This document shows, piece after piece, positions 39,626 to 53,980 of a stretch of DNA of 64,000 nucleotides. The position numbers and the translations under genes were made by a program. The notes beneath the pieces are model-generated. The model did no database searches, was not told the origin of the DNA, and saw only the letters and a program-made list of their open reading frames with translations. This DNA comes from Octopus vulgaris (lineage: Eukaryota). Position 1 is the first letter of the stretch. Every line of letters begins with the position of its first letter. The stretch spans positions 41,602,001 through 41,666,000 of the forward strand of contig OX597817.1 in NCBI GenBank assembly GCA_951406725.2, read 5' to 3'.

Positions 39626-41353
39626 ATGTTTAATTTAAATTAATTTCAGTATTGTTTCCTTTATCTCAATTTTTACCTTCCTTTACCATGGAAGTTTGGA
39701 ATTCAAAGATGCCTTCCCAACGTTTTTTTCTAAGTAGTGTGTTTTTAATGAAATTAAAAGTTATTAATTTTATGTTAGTAACACATATATGTCACATCAT
39801 ACATAAATGAAACCAAAATACATTATTAAAAAAAAAACTTCCAAAACTATTATTATTGCTTCTAAGCTCTGATGTTTTTGTTTATCAGAGATTTTTGAAA
39901 TACAAAAGCTAAGCTGGATTCAATTAAGTAACTAACATTCAATTAAAAATAAAAAGGTTATCTATAAATTCCTTTAAGACTTCATTCCTTTCAAGAATAA
40001 TCCTTTTGATCATCAATAAATATTATACATAATAAATAAAACACTATATATATATATATATATGCGTGTGTGTATAAAATATATTATGCCATTAACCATT
40101 ACAAATGAGATTCTTAGCTGCCTTTATTTACAGATTAATAAATTCAAGAAGCCAATTGAATTAATTTTGTGGGATAAAAGCTTTGTCTCCAGTGTATGAG
40201 TCAGAAAGTCTACTTAATCTTAACATACAGACTACCTACAGAAAGAAAACAAAAAAGTCTGTTATATCCCTATGATTAATATACAAATTACAATACTAGA
40301 AACGCTATTAGCAACTTCTAAATAATAATTTGTGAAATCAAAATTAAAGGGAAACCTTTACTAATTAAAAGTTTACAAAATAAATGATTTTTTATATTTC
40401 AAGTGTACAAGGATACCCACAGGTAAGACGAAGGTGACTAACTGAGAGAAGGGAGAATCACAAAATGATTTTTCTTTTTTTGCTGTTTCTCTCCTGTTGA
40501 CCTATGACCTACTACAATCCTCTCTGCCTGCTGATCTGTCCTCTGTAGTTCTTTTACAGTCTTCAGTCCTATAATCTTTTACTACACCTATTATTTCCTC
40601 TCAAATGAAAAACTATGTTTTAAAGATTAAAATTCTCTTATAATATATGACTTTATTGAACTGATTTTTACCAAGACCACCACCATTTCCTTGAACTTTG
40701 CTTGCCTTAAGCCACTTTATAATATAATATAACATAATAGGCAAGAAAATGTCAAAATATCGTTTAACATAATAATAGGTACACACATTGAGTGTCCAGA
40801 CCAGACCAGACCAGACCCACTGCCTAAAATCCAATGTTAAGTGAAGGAATACAGGGTCTGCAGAAATAAGAGTTGGCTGGAGGCAAATATACAAGTTAAG
40901 CTAATGTAGGTATAATAGGATAAGATATGAATAGGCAGTTACAAAGCATCAAGTCATTTATAATATATTTATACAAACAAAAGGGATTAAAGAAATATAT
41001 AAATACAGCATATAAAAAACCCCACAAGAGTGAATCAACAGGAACTTTCACTCTCTGGATTCTCTTGGTTTTCTACAGTATTTATATATTTCTGAACTCT
41101 CTTCTGTATAAATATATAATAAATGGCTTGATGCCTTGTAACTTCCTGTTAATATCATATTCTATTACACAAAAGGTTAAGTTGATTCACTCATTGTAAA
41201 TTTATATATGAAGGTGTGTTATTTTTCCTTAAGTCAAACCATTTGTTTGATTTTCAGTAATAGTGCAAAAATAAATTTTTAATGTATTCAACTTCAACAT
41301 ATTTATTTATTTATTTCTGTTCATAGTGACTTAACAGATCAGTTTAATAATAA

Positions 41354-41515
41354 GGCAAAACTGGCAGAGGCACAGACAAAATGTCTCGTATTTGTGACAC
41401 TTTACTTTCTGCATTTGATTACTGCTGAGGTGGACTTGGCTTTTCATCAAAGTTTGATATAATCAATGGTTTCTTTCCCCAAAAATTTGTGGCCTTGTGC
41501 CTAGGTCAGAAATCA
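41354..41515 (+). mobile_element. SINE family B, decayed
   Basis: ctggcaga..gctgaggtggacttggcttttcatc..ggccttgtgcctag. Confidence 0.6.
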
Positions 41516-44500
41516 ATTAAATATAATTAGTAAAAAGAAAAAAAAAGTTCAAGTTATTCCAGCATGTATAGTCCCAAATTAATCAATTGTTGTTCATCAA
41601 CAATCAGCTCATTACAGCTAAAATTGATAATTAATGTAGGTACACACTATTCATAGATTATCACAGGAAACTCAAAGACAAAAATCAACAGCCAGCAGTA
41701 TTTTTCCAATATAAAACATTGAAATTAATATGGTAACATATTTTCCCACTCTCCAATTACTTGTTCTTTTAATATGACAGGCACCATAAAGGAAGTTCTG
41801 CTGAGTCAAGTTCATATCCCAATTCTGACTCCTAGCTGAAGTTATTTGCACTTTGGTTGTGCCAATATTTGCAGAAATCAAACATCACAACTCAATTTTC
41901 CCCCAACGTGGTTTATAGCTTTGAGCTTAGATAAAAGACAATATTTTAAAATAAAATTATTTGAAGGTAACTAACACACGTGGATATTTTAATGTATACA
42001 GTTTCAGTAATTTTCACTATTCTGTGATCGAAAATGCCCCCAGGGCAATGAAATATCATGGTCATAATATACATAAGCTGATGCAATCTACTATATTCTT
42101 TTTGGGAAAATGTTGTGCTTGTGCATAGTTGGAAGAAAAAGTTTTTAAAAATAATGAAAGATGAAGCAGTCACCAAGCAAAATTAGAAAGTAGTTAATTG
42201 TTTGGCAATTCAATACTTCAATATTTAAAATGATGAACAACTATCTGTTTTCAGACAAAAAAATTACTGAAGATTTTTATGTAATATTACCACTGAACAA
42301 GTAAACTAAATGTATATAATTTCACAGAGGCCCCAGGGTATTTCAGAACTAATGAGTAAACCAAACTTAGAAATCACTTTCATTAAACTAAACTAATATA
42401 AAAGAAAATCAATTTTGGCTTCAAACTGGGAACAGATTTTTTTTTTCCTGCTTAAAAGCTGAAAGCCATCAGTTCTTTTATACAGACATTGATATGGTTC
42501 GTGATCAACAAAATATATTTGCTTCAAATGAAAAATGCCTTCTTTTACATGTATAGCAGTTAAGCAAGTTTCAGCAATAACAAATGGACAGATTTTAAGA
42601 GATTATTAATCTTTTTCATGTACAAAACTGCACATATTGTTTATTCAGTTTTATATTGTATTTTAATTACTTTATGCAGAAATATATAGAGAACATTAAA
42701 GCTTCTTAATAAAGAAATAAAACAACATATTAAAAATCAATACAATTACCATTAAACAATACTTTTTTTTTCTTTTAAGATTATTCCAATACTAAATAAA
42801 AACATTTAGCTGATTGACTATGAGCAGAAAGAAAATACTTGTGGGGAAAAATATATAATATCAAATCAGCAATGGACTACTCATGTCAGAGATAAATTAA
42901 AATGAATATATGGGTTTTAAAAAAAAACCTGGGTATTCTGTCCATTTGTAAAAATACAAAACAAGATTTAAAAGAAGCAAGGTAATAAGCAACAACTATA
43001 TAAAGACGCATTAGAAGCAAAGTGACTGAACAATGTAAACAAAGCAGTAAGCTGAATGAATGGAAAGCATATTTCACTAACTACATGAAAAAAAGCAGCT
43101 TACATTCATATTCATTAGCAATAAATGTAACAATGAAGTAAAATATTCAAATATTTTAAGGATTTTTTTTTCACTCAAATTTTGAAACAGTTATAATTCA
43201 TTTTCTACACACAATTCTATAACATGCAGTTTCCATATCTATTTTAACATGGATATTTTTTGTATGCCCCAACCCACGCCCTATTCTAACAGTACTGCAG
43301 GGTTAAGGATATCACATGGATTCAACTTCATTAAGTCAATGAAATGTATTACACATGTATGTAGGAGAGTATCAAGCAATACAGATTAACATCCAGGTAA
43401 ACAAATATATATTATGCATTTATGAAACTCTTTTGATACTAATCTGCCTTAGATCACCTCAGATTCTATGACAAAATACATTTAAAGTACCCACATGCAA
43501 ATTAGAACCCCTCTCCATTCATAATTTTATATAAGAACCTTTCATTAAATCAATTCCAGATACTAGCTTTATATATATATATATATATACACCAACAGAT
43601 AAAACGCTATTTTATAAAATCCAACTAAAGTTGTTTTTTTTTTTTTTTTTTCTCTTTTCTGTTAATTTATTAAAATGAGCAGTCTATATTTCAGGAAATA
43701 TAGTCATGTTATTGTTCAAATTTTTTCAAAACTAAATATATACATATATATATAATAAAAAATGAAATACATGATTGAACTAACAGAAGATAAAGACTAA
43801 AACTTCAATTTTAATAGATTAGTCAATTTACTATCATAGTAATAAATATCTCAGAAATCCAGATAAGGAAATAATAGAATTTTGTTTACATTTTTATAAT
43901 ATTAATATTACTGTGTTATTTATACTTTTAATGATACCAAATAAAAATATGAGTAGCTCTGTCAAATGGATTTGTAAAAAGACATTCAGCCTTCATATTT
44001 GAACTGATAGAAAATATTTCTCTCTGTTCATGTAAGTTTTGCTTTTCACTGCTTTTAAAAAATCGTTTCCATACTTTTACTGATTCGGAGGTTTTTTGGG
44101 GTTGTTTTTTTTGTAGAAAATTTACATGTTATTGAAACAAAAATTTTAGTGTTGATTCTTTGCTTCTTTTTATTCCTCTCCCAGACAACTCAAATGAGAG
44201 AATGGCACCTAATTTTTCAAACAGAACAAACCAAGCTAAGCAGTGTGGGGGTTACAAAACAGCATAAATAGCAAAGACTAACTCTTTACTATGTGGTCAG
44301 TCATCTATCACTGAAACCTCATAAGCACTAATTTAATTTTACAAATTTATGTAGATAAACTGAAAATATATAATGACATTACTGAAGACAAAAATCTAAT
44401 AAAATCTTGCCATATCTGTTCCAGATCAATGAAACACTTCAAACTTACTCAGCATATCACTGCTCATTTTTTTTTGTTTTTTTGTTTTCATTATATATAT

Positions 44501-44856
44501 AGCATTTAAAAGGGAAATTTTGTTATACTTCATATAATCTAAAACAAGTTATATATACAAAACAGAAGCAGAATACTTTTTTAAGAAGGAAAAATAAAAT
44601 CATATAGATCCTGCTAAAGGTACAACAAAATATCACACTACTAGGACACTTCACTATATTGGACATTAACTCTTAAATTCTTGTAGATCGCCTCAGATTC
44701 TTTATATACACTTATCAAAACAGATTCTTTAAATAGACTTATCAAAACTGTTAGAAACTAGAGGTTTTCATGAAATGCAGTCAACTTAGTACAAAATCAT
44801 AGAAATATCACTACAACAAGAATTTGGATAAAACTTGCAGATAAACAGATAAACTG

Positions 44857-45163
44857 GCACTTGATCGGTTACAACAAGGGGTTTTCCAGTTCATCTGATC
44901 AATGGAACAGCCTGCTCATGAAATTAACAAGCAAGCAGCTGAATAGAGTACAGACATAGTAGTCAGGGAGATTCAGCATGAAACAAAATGTGACGAGGCT
45001 GGCTATTTGAAATACAAGTACTACTTATTTTCGCCAGCTGAGCAGACCCGAGCAATGCGAAATAAAGTGTCTTGCTAAAAGATACAATGCACTGCTGGAA
45101 ATTGAACTCACAACCTTACAATCTTGAGCCAAATACCTTAACCACTAAGCCACATGCCTTCAC
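44857..45163 (-). mobile_element. SINE family C
   Basis: Colinear with 23019-23346. Confidence 0.9.
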
Positions 45164-45164
45164 A

Positions 45165-45963
45165 TATGACATGATGATGGGAATGTGGTTTCTACTTGTT
45201 GGGTTTCTTTACTTGTTATCATGTCACTTTCACCTGCCTTGGTAGGTTGAATAGAGATAGATTGATTACACATAGGTGTGTTCACATATATCTACAAGAT
45301 GTAGATTCCTGGGTATTGATTTTCTCAGAACTGAATTTGTGTCCCAGCAGTCTCTGTAACTAAGAAATTACACAACTCCCATTATAAAAAGCATTCCAAG
45401 ATATTCTTTCATCTCCTCTATTGATGGAATTAAGGTGATGTTGTTCTGTTGACACATATATCTTGTGGTCTCATCACTCATCCTGATAAAAAAATTTCTT
45501 CAGGAAAAGTAAAAGAAAATACTCAACAGGCTTTACATCTAAGTTCAAAGCTTTTGTGGGGGGCCTACATCACCAAAAGAAAGTGTCAATGCATTGATCA
45601 ACAGTGTGATTAAACCCTTTTTGCTCATAATTGATAAATCTTGATATCACTATGATCACTGGGGTGTACAGCTACCCTGAAATATTTTTCTGATTATTTT
45701 CTCCAAGTCTAAGCTCTCTTTCTCACTCACCATGAAGCTTGGAAATCAAAAAGGGGAAAATAATCCAAAAAATTCATTGAATAAACAGCACAAACAGGAA
45801 GTCTTTTGACAGAAAGGTTTTTCAATGATGATGCTAAACTTTATTTCTCTCACAGAAGAGTGCTGAGTTCCTGTTTTATAACCCCAAACAATGTTAATTG
45901 AATTCTGGTTGTGTGTGATTCAAGACTCCTACAGTTATTTGAAGTACAAGACTTTAAGAGTTA
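45165..45963 (-). mobile_element. Decayed piggyBac element, 5' part with transposase remnant
   Basis: Minus strand FIRMSDETTRYMCQQNNITLIPSIEEMKEYLGMLFIMGVV*FLSYRDCWDT matches the PGBD motif ETNRYA..EEMKAFLGILI.MG....SYRDYW; TTAA at the putative terminus ~45960. Confidence 0.8.
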
Positions 45964-48900
45964 ATACAATAGGTTACCCTGTCAGTAGTAAGTGACTGAT
46001 AAATAATTAACTTGTGGAGATGAAAATAATAGCGAGAAAATACCACAGAAAAATTATAATACCTAATTTGAGAAGCTGAAATGAAAGGCACATTGTAGTA
46101 TAATCCACAGAGCTTGTCATGTAATAGCTACATGGTTCTATTAGTAAGCCTGTCGTTCAGCTCTGCCTCTAAGGAAGGGGGGGCTCAACAGATTTAATAT
46201 CATTTATTAATTACTTTCTCTTTAATTCCTAAAATCCAATGTCACTGCCTTTCAAAAGCACCAAAACTTTATTAATTATACAATTATTTTAATGAAAAGA
46301 CACCAACTGTTCGTATTATATTTTTCTTAAATGTTGTCAAATAATTATTCTCTTCCTTCAATCTAGAACTAATTTCTAACAATACATACAGGACTGCCTT
46401 ACTGTCTTGGATATTACACAGGGTTTATATATATAATATGGCTAAATAATTAAAAAATTATATTATCCAATTGTCTCAAAATCACTTATTTCAAATTCAT
46501 TGATGTTTTGTTCTAAAATTTCCTCAGACAAATTTGATATTCCATTATAAATTATTTTCAACAAAATTGGTTACACTTGAAAATGAAGATTATGACCAAA
46601 GTGGTAGGTAGAAATTGTGTATAAATAAATGTTACAATAAGGAGAAAACCAATTTTACAAGATAATAAATATTTATAGGATAAACAAGATTTCCATATAT
46701 AAACTGCTTCTGCAATTCCGATAAAAAAAATGTGAAGTTTTCCATACATTACCATATGAGAATTCAGTGGGAAAGCCAGTTATTAACAAAGAAAAACTCA
46801 TCACAAATTAACACCTGAACAACCATTAACTCACCTGGAATAAAAAAAACATTGAGAAAAATGCGGTGAGGAAACAATTTAGTCTCATTTAAATATATCA
46901 ATATGGAAACAATTTCAATTCAAACATAACATATAAAATCTATTTAATTCCATTTGATTTTTTTTTAAATCATTTCTTTATAAACAAATATGTATTGCTA
47001 TTTCACAAATGCCCTTGTCTAACCAGAGATTCAAAGAGATCATTAGTCTGAAGATTTTCAGCAAAAAATATTAGAGCCAAATGTTGATTCTAATGTCAAC
47101 TTTGACTTCATATTGGCAAACGTTTTGGTATAATTTAATTCTTTATCAGCAGCATTTTATTGTCTTTTGCTATGCTTGCAGGAGTTAAATTAATTTTTTT
47201 TTTTAAATATCCTGTTTCGCTAGATGCTCTTTCTGTCACCATTCCTCACCTGTTTCCAAGCAAAGCAATATTTTCTCGTAGTCCATTTGTTTTAACAGAA
47301 GACTAAAACCAAACAATACCACTTGTATAACTGAAATTTGCTTACAGACTAGATTTAACTGGGAACCTTTCTTTCTAATTCAAGAATAATAATGTTCTCA
47401 TTTATTATGTAACTATCATTTGTGGATGTAAATATTTTCTTTTAAAAATTCACCTCAAAAGAGTTAATAATTTGGAAAACTATTATTTTCTTAACAAGAA
47501 CCCATCTCAGACACTTAGCTATTTTTATATCATTTTGTTATTACATGGGCTCAAAAGCTTGTTGATGCTTCTTCAGTCCTTAGAAATAAAATGGTCTTGT
47601 TTAGGGAATACACCAAGAGCCCTTTTTATTTCTATATTCATACGACATTTTGCCCCAATTATAGTTACTCTTATTTTCTTCAAAAAAGTCATGTAAAGCT
47701 TATTTTATTTGCTAAAGTAAATGCATGCCAGATTTTAAAAAATAACAATTGTTACCTAAATTACTTCAAGATTATAAATTTGCAAAGTAAAGTTATAGCT
47801 GACTGAAGTGGCCCCTTATCAAGGCATGAAACCTCAAACAATCATAGCTCACATTATCTTTAATAGCTTTTATGATTTTTAATTGAATTAACTAGCTTTA
47901 ATTTTAGAGAAACTAACATGTAAGATATTCATCTATCAAATATTGCAACAGCATGATAATTACTAATTTTTTAATTACACATAAAATACATGAGATGCTG
48001 AAAAAAATATTTCAATATTCTATAAACAATGTACTTGTTTTTATTTAATTATGATACAGAAATATCATTCTTAGAATTATAAATTTACACCAATTAAATT
48101 TTCTGCCTTTTTTAATTCTCAACATAAAGTTTAAACTATAGAAAAAATTTAATATTTAATGATTTTCTGCACAAAAAAGGCAATTATTAGCCAATCCTCA
48201 AGATTTATTTAACAATTTCAATAATCAGAATGGAAAGAATATGAAAAAAAAAAAGTTTCTTTATAACTAACTTAGAACACTGCAGAAAAAGAAACTTAAT
48301 TATAGAAATTAGCAGCAGATACTCGTTTGCAGAGAAGAGGAAAAAAAAACAAAGAACAACAATAAAAAAAGAAGAAAAGGAAAAAAGAAAACTGAAAGAA
48401 CTCTCGTGGGGGATGCATCCAAGCTTTGAGTAGATCTAAGAAGTTCTCAAGTATTCCTCTTAATAAAAGATGAACCTTCAACAAATCCTTGTAAAGAAAT
48501 TCAACCAGAAATTGAATACTAATGGAATCAAGTGTAAAATGTAATTGATCTTAATTCTAAAGGCTGTAAATCAATTCAATGGATTGTGTATTCTTAAATT
48601 TATTCATACTCTAGGATTAATTTTAATAATATTTCCATTGTGGATTTTTGTTCCTCCAAATAATTATCATAACTAACAAAAAACAGCTCTTTTACTTCCA
48701 AGGTGTTGAAAAACATTTGTTAATTTCCTTGTTTTTTTTTTTCTTCTTTTTTTTCTTAATGAGCAATGTACTTGTAAAAGAAAATATATCTTTGAGGACA
48801 TTTATATAAAATGTAACCATTGCCTTTAAGAAAGGAAGGAGAGTACTCTTATTTCCTGCCCACATTTTGTAATCAACAGAAACTGACCCAACAGATGAGA

Positions 48901-49802
48901 AAAGGCATTAAATATTTCACTTTTCTTACATATGCATAAAAGCCTTCAGCTATTTAACTTTTCTTTGTACAGCTTGACACTGAAGAAAAGGATCTTGAGA
49001 TAAATGGATAATAAACTCTGCTACGCTTGACCTTGCTTTTCATTCTCCTGGGGTTCATAAAATAAAAGAACCAGCCTAGAAATAGATTTGAATCATATTC
49101 CTAGAAAACATTCTAGATGTAAATGGCATGGGAATAAAAGTCCAAGTTATTACAAAATTTGCCGACAACCTCTTAATAAATATGCCATTTTAACTAGTTT
49201 ATCAAAAATTAAATTGACAGATTTGTATCCATTTCTAAATTCTTGTATACAGTTAAATATCATTGCTGTTCAAAATTAATTAACTGAATTGATATAAACT
49301 ACTCTCAGTGATCTCAGCTAATGAACCTTTAGAATAATAAATTAAATAAATGAGCTAACTTTTAACCCATTCAAATGTTCGTTATGATTTGACATGTGCC
49401 TGGCAACAAACACCAGCAAATAAATAACAAAAAATAATAAAGATTGAAAATATTTTTCATATAACTGGAAACAACTTTCTAAAACAATGCTACTTTTACA
49501 AGTCTATCTATGATTCTGCCTCTTGAATTTGGATTCACAAATTGCAGTCTATTTTTTTTACCCTTATTTTTTTTACCATTTCCTCTGCCTCTGTTCTGCC
49601 AGAATCTGAAGACAAAATCAGAAAGTGCTGATCATCCCAAATCAACCCTGGCCATTCTTTAACCCTTTAGCAGTTAAACTAACCATGTTCAGCCCAAATA
49701 TTATATATTTTGTTTTGCTTTTAATTTTTGTAGATCTCTGTGAGGAACAAAAATTTTTTACAGTGGAAAATCTCATTTCAGATGTAAACATACAAAGTTA
49801 AC

Positions 49803-50085
49803 AAGGTGTGTGGCCTGAGAGGTAGGGTGTAGGACACGTGATTTTAAGGTCGGGATTTTGATTCCCAAACAGGGTGATGTATTGTGTACTTGAGCAAAAG
49901 ACTTTATTTCCCTTTGCTGCAGTTCACTCAGCTAAAAAAATGGGAACTGGTTACATCAGAGGGTAAACTCTGTGATAAACTTGTGTCTGGTTCAAGACGG
50001 AATGTAGTACTCTGAATCATTTTTACCCTATAGAAACTGAAACAAAGTCAAACCTAATAAATTAGCAGACTTGTGACAGACTGAA
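49803..50085 (+). mobile_element. SINE family D
   Basis: ggtgtgtggcctgagaggtaggg..ttgtgtacttgagcaaaagactttatttc..ttcactcagct. Confidence 0.7.
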
Positions 50086-51182
50086 GGTAGTATTATGCTG
50101 AAGTGATATTCTCAGCTTATCACTAACAAATAAGATGACTGGTGAAAACTAGACATCCTATTTCAGGTGATAACCAAACATTAGTTATATTTTTAAATGA
50201 TAAGCTGGAGAACACCTATATCTATCTATATCAATTTCAGAAAAAATAAGACAAAATTGCTGTGTAACTACATTCTTTTTTCAAGCCATTTCAGAGTTAT
50301 CTTTGCTACAAAATGAATAGCTGTTTTAAAAACATCATCAAAATTTAGTAGAAATTTAGTTGGAGCATGATATATTTAGAGAAGCTAATCCAGAAAGATT
50401 GTCAAGTGATTGTCATACTGACAGAAGTGTTTTTCTTGAACTGTTTATCTAATAAAATTAAGCACTTTTTTTTTTTTTTCCACTTATGACCAAGCTATTT
50501 TTCCCTGTTTGCTTATTTGATTAAAGATTAAAAATTATATTCATAAAAAGTGAAAAAAAAAATCTATTACATTACACATCTAAATTACACTAATACATTA
50601 GCAACAGTTTTCTAGCTTTGAAGCCTACTTATTCCGTCTCTAGTCTGAAGAGATTTTCAGAAAATTTAAGAACCATACAGAATTAAAAAATCTCCTTTAC
50701 AGCTGATATAATTCTATATGACACTTAAAGTTTCCATAAAACTCACTTAACTTTATCTTAATAATAGGTCTCAGCTTTTGTATACAAAATCATATCATAC
50801 ATAATTCAATATAACTTTTACAGTTTCACCTTGGAACAGAACTAATGAATATTGAGGCATCCACTATGATGTCCAATTATCATGTGAGTAAATACTGTCA
50901 TGGGTCAAAAGCCTGCTATAACTAACAGACATTGCAATGAATTTTTCAAGATATATAGTTATTTCTTCTTGCACCAGCTTACTTGAGGACTTCTCTCATT
51001 TTGGTAAACTGTGATACTTCTCTCTTACACACTCCATCTGACTCTGCTTACACCCAGTTTCTCCTCTCAACTTATCTGTGGTTCACCATTCACGCACACT
51101 AACATTACACATCCAGCAAAGCATGCTCATTTCATTCTTCTTTTCTATCCTTTACACATTCTCTGCATTCAACACCCATATC

Positions 51183-51408
51183 GCACTGGTAGAAACATTA
51201 GTACACCAGGCGAAATGCTTAGTGGTATTTCATCTGCTGTTATGTTCTGAGTTAAAATTCCGCCGGGGTCGAATTTGCCTTTCATCCTTTTGGGGTTGAT
51301 TGAATAAGTACCAGTTATGCACTGGAGTCAATGTAATTGACTTAATCCCTTTGTATGTCCTTGTTTGTCCTCTCTATGTTTAGCCCCCTGTGCGCAATAA
51401 AGAAATAG
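51183..51408 (+). mobile_element. SINE family B
   Basis: Colinear with the reverse complement of 19587-19817. Confidence 0.9.
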
Positions 51409-51534
51409 ATATGCATCACTGTACTTTACTGATAAGCATCATACAATCTACTCTTTTCTCAAAAAGACAATCCCTTTTTTATTAACAGAGATAATAGCTC
51501 CCTGAACTTTTCCAACATCGTTCTTATTCTAGTG

Positions 51535-51780
51535 AAGGTACACAGCCTAGTGCTGGACTTATCTTGCAATTGTAAGATAATGGTTTCAATTCCTGGGCTG
51601 AGTGGTGCATTGTGTTCTTGGGCAATACACTTTATTTAATGCTTCTCTTGCCCACTCAGCTATAAATGAGTATCCCTGCAACAGAATTTTGCCCTGTTTA
51701 AGGGGAATGTTGTCATTTTTGTCACTCATGCATCATAGAAACCAGGTGACACACCTTCTGACTCCTGAGACTTGAGACAG
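51535..51780 (+). mobile_element. SINE family D
   Basis: gaaggtacacagcctagtg..ggtttcaattcctgg..ttgtgttcttgggcaatacactttattt..ccactcagct. Confidence 0.7.
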
Positions 51781-52994
51781 TACATGCCTTATTTTTCTTA
51801 TTTTAGCCACATTGAATGGATAAAATGTGTAGGGTATACGAACAAAGTACTTTGTATTTGATTATGTCCCTTTACATTCTGACTTCAAATCAATTTGGGC
51901 AGAATAAGCACCAGAAAAAAAGTGGGGCTCAATATAAATGACTGGAGGGGCATTAGTATGGTTAGTCAAAAAGAAAAAGAGTTATAAACTAATGAATAAA
52001 TCTAAGGAAAAGAGAAATCAAAATATTGCTTTCCACTTTCATGAAAGTAATAAACACGTTATAAAATAAATAGCATTTTCTAAACATTATCTGTGTTTAA
52101 AGATATAATATTGTATACAGAGATCCGTGTTTAAAGAAATATCACATTACAAGACTGTATTAGCAATATGCTACTCATGTAATATGTTAAAATATAATTC
52201 AGCTTAATTGGCTACCATCAGAGATAAAGTTCCATTTGAAATAAGAAGAACCACAAGGCAAATCAAACACAGAGAAGTGGTTGAAAATGTGATCTGAATT
52301 GAAAATAAGAAGGAAAAAATACGCCTTTTCATTTCACACAATCTTTAATGAAAGGGAAAATTAAAATTCAAGTAACCAATGCAAGATTTACTTTCATTCC
52401 ATATTGCATAATTCTGAAATTTATGAAAAATTTAAGTCATAGAAATTGTCAGCAGATTCTATTAAAATCCTTTCATAAAACTTGCAAATGTGAAAAATTG
52501 CTTACCAGTAGATAAATTAAGGATATTATTTGACAGCTAAAAGTTAGTATGTATAAGAAATTTTTTCTTCTTTTATATTAAAATACTTCACATTTATTGC
52601 CTAAAAGGAATTTTTTAAAAATTTATTATCTATCAATGGCAATGTAACATTTAGAACATATACACACATATTTAAGCAGTTATAGGAATGTTCTTATTGA
52701 CAAAAAAAATATATATTTTAATCTTAGTTTTAAGCGAAAAATTGCATTAATCTCTTTTTGTATATTGAGAGTATTATAAAATCCTTTAATTAAATCAATA
52801 TATAATCACCAATTGCTACACAGCCACCAAGCTCAGCTGCTTCCAAGTACAATATGATTGATCTTTCCCTTAAGCAAAACTGCTACAATGGTGGGACATG
52901 GAGATTAACCTCCAAAAACTGATTGGTCTATTTTACTCAATTGCACAGGGTGGTGTATATATTAAGAAACAATTTCAGGAACATCTTGGAAGCA

Positions 52995-53270
52995 TTATAT
53001 ATATATATATATACACATACATGCATACATATATACATGCATACATATATATAGCTACATATATACATACATATATATATGCATACATACATATATATAT
53101 ATATATGCATACATACATATATATATATATGCATACATACATATATATATATATATGCATACATACATATATATATATATATGCATACATATATATATAT
53201 GCACACACATATATATGCATACACATATATATGCATACACAAACACACACACATATATATGCATATATAT
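52995..53270. repeat. Complex (TA)n-GCATACATAC microsatellite array
   Basis: Directly visible; source of several spurious ORFs. Confidence 0.95.
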
Positions 53271-53980
53271 ACGCAGCGCTATGCATGTGGCAAGTTTCTA
53301 CAGCCGGATGCCCTTCCTGACGCCAACCCCCACCTGTTGCCAAGCGAGACATACACACACATATTTCTTATCAACCAGAAAAGTAATTAAGAATAATTTT
53401 TGAAAAATTCAAGTTTAGTAGATAGGAGCAACTTTCAAAACTCAACTCCTACTAAACTACCACTATTGCCAACACTACTGCCACCACTACCACATAAATA
53501 ATGTTGAACTCAAAACACATAGCTGAATGACTTGATGGTTAATATTTTCTGTTTTTGAAATCAATTATATGTAACGTGAAAATATATTATATGAAGACTA
53601 TATAAATTGTGGTAAAATGGGAAAATTGCAAATGCAGTTGAAGGACTATAATGAAATTATATTATACACATGTAGGTCTGTTTTCTTAACCATTTCCAGA
53701 AACTCTTATATATGTCAGTTGTAGCTTTTCAATATGGCTTTTAATGTGGTCTTGGAGAAGAGGGTAACAACTGAAAAGACTAATGGAATTTCTATCTTAA
53801 ATAAAAAATAAAAAATAAATAAAAAAGAAGTATTCATCATTAGTAAGATGAGATATATTTGTGTTCAGATAATTTACAATTAGGCTTGGAGAAATAAAAA
53901 TTTTCTAAACCATATGCAATGGTGACAAGACTACTTTATTTGCACCGAAGATAACTAAATGTACAAGCATAGAAAATCAA

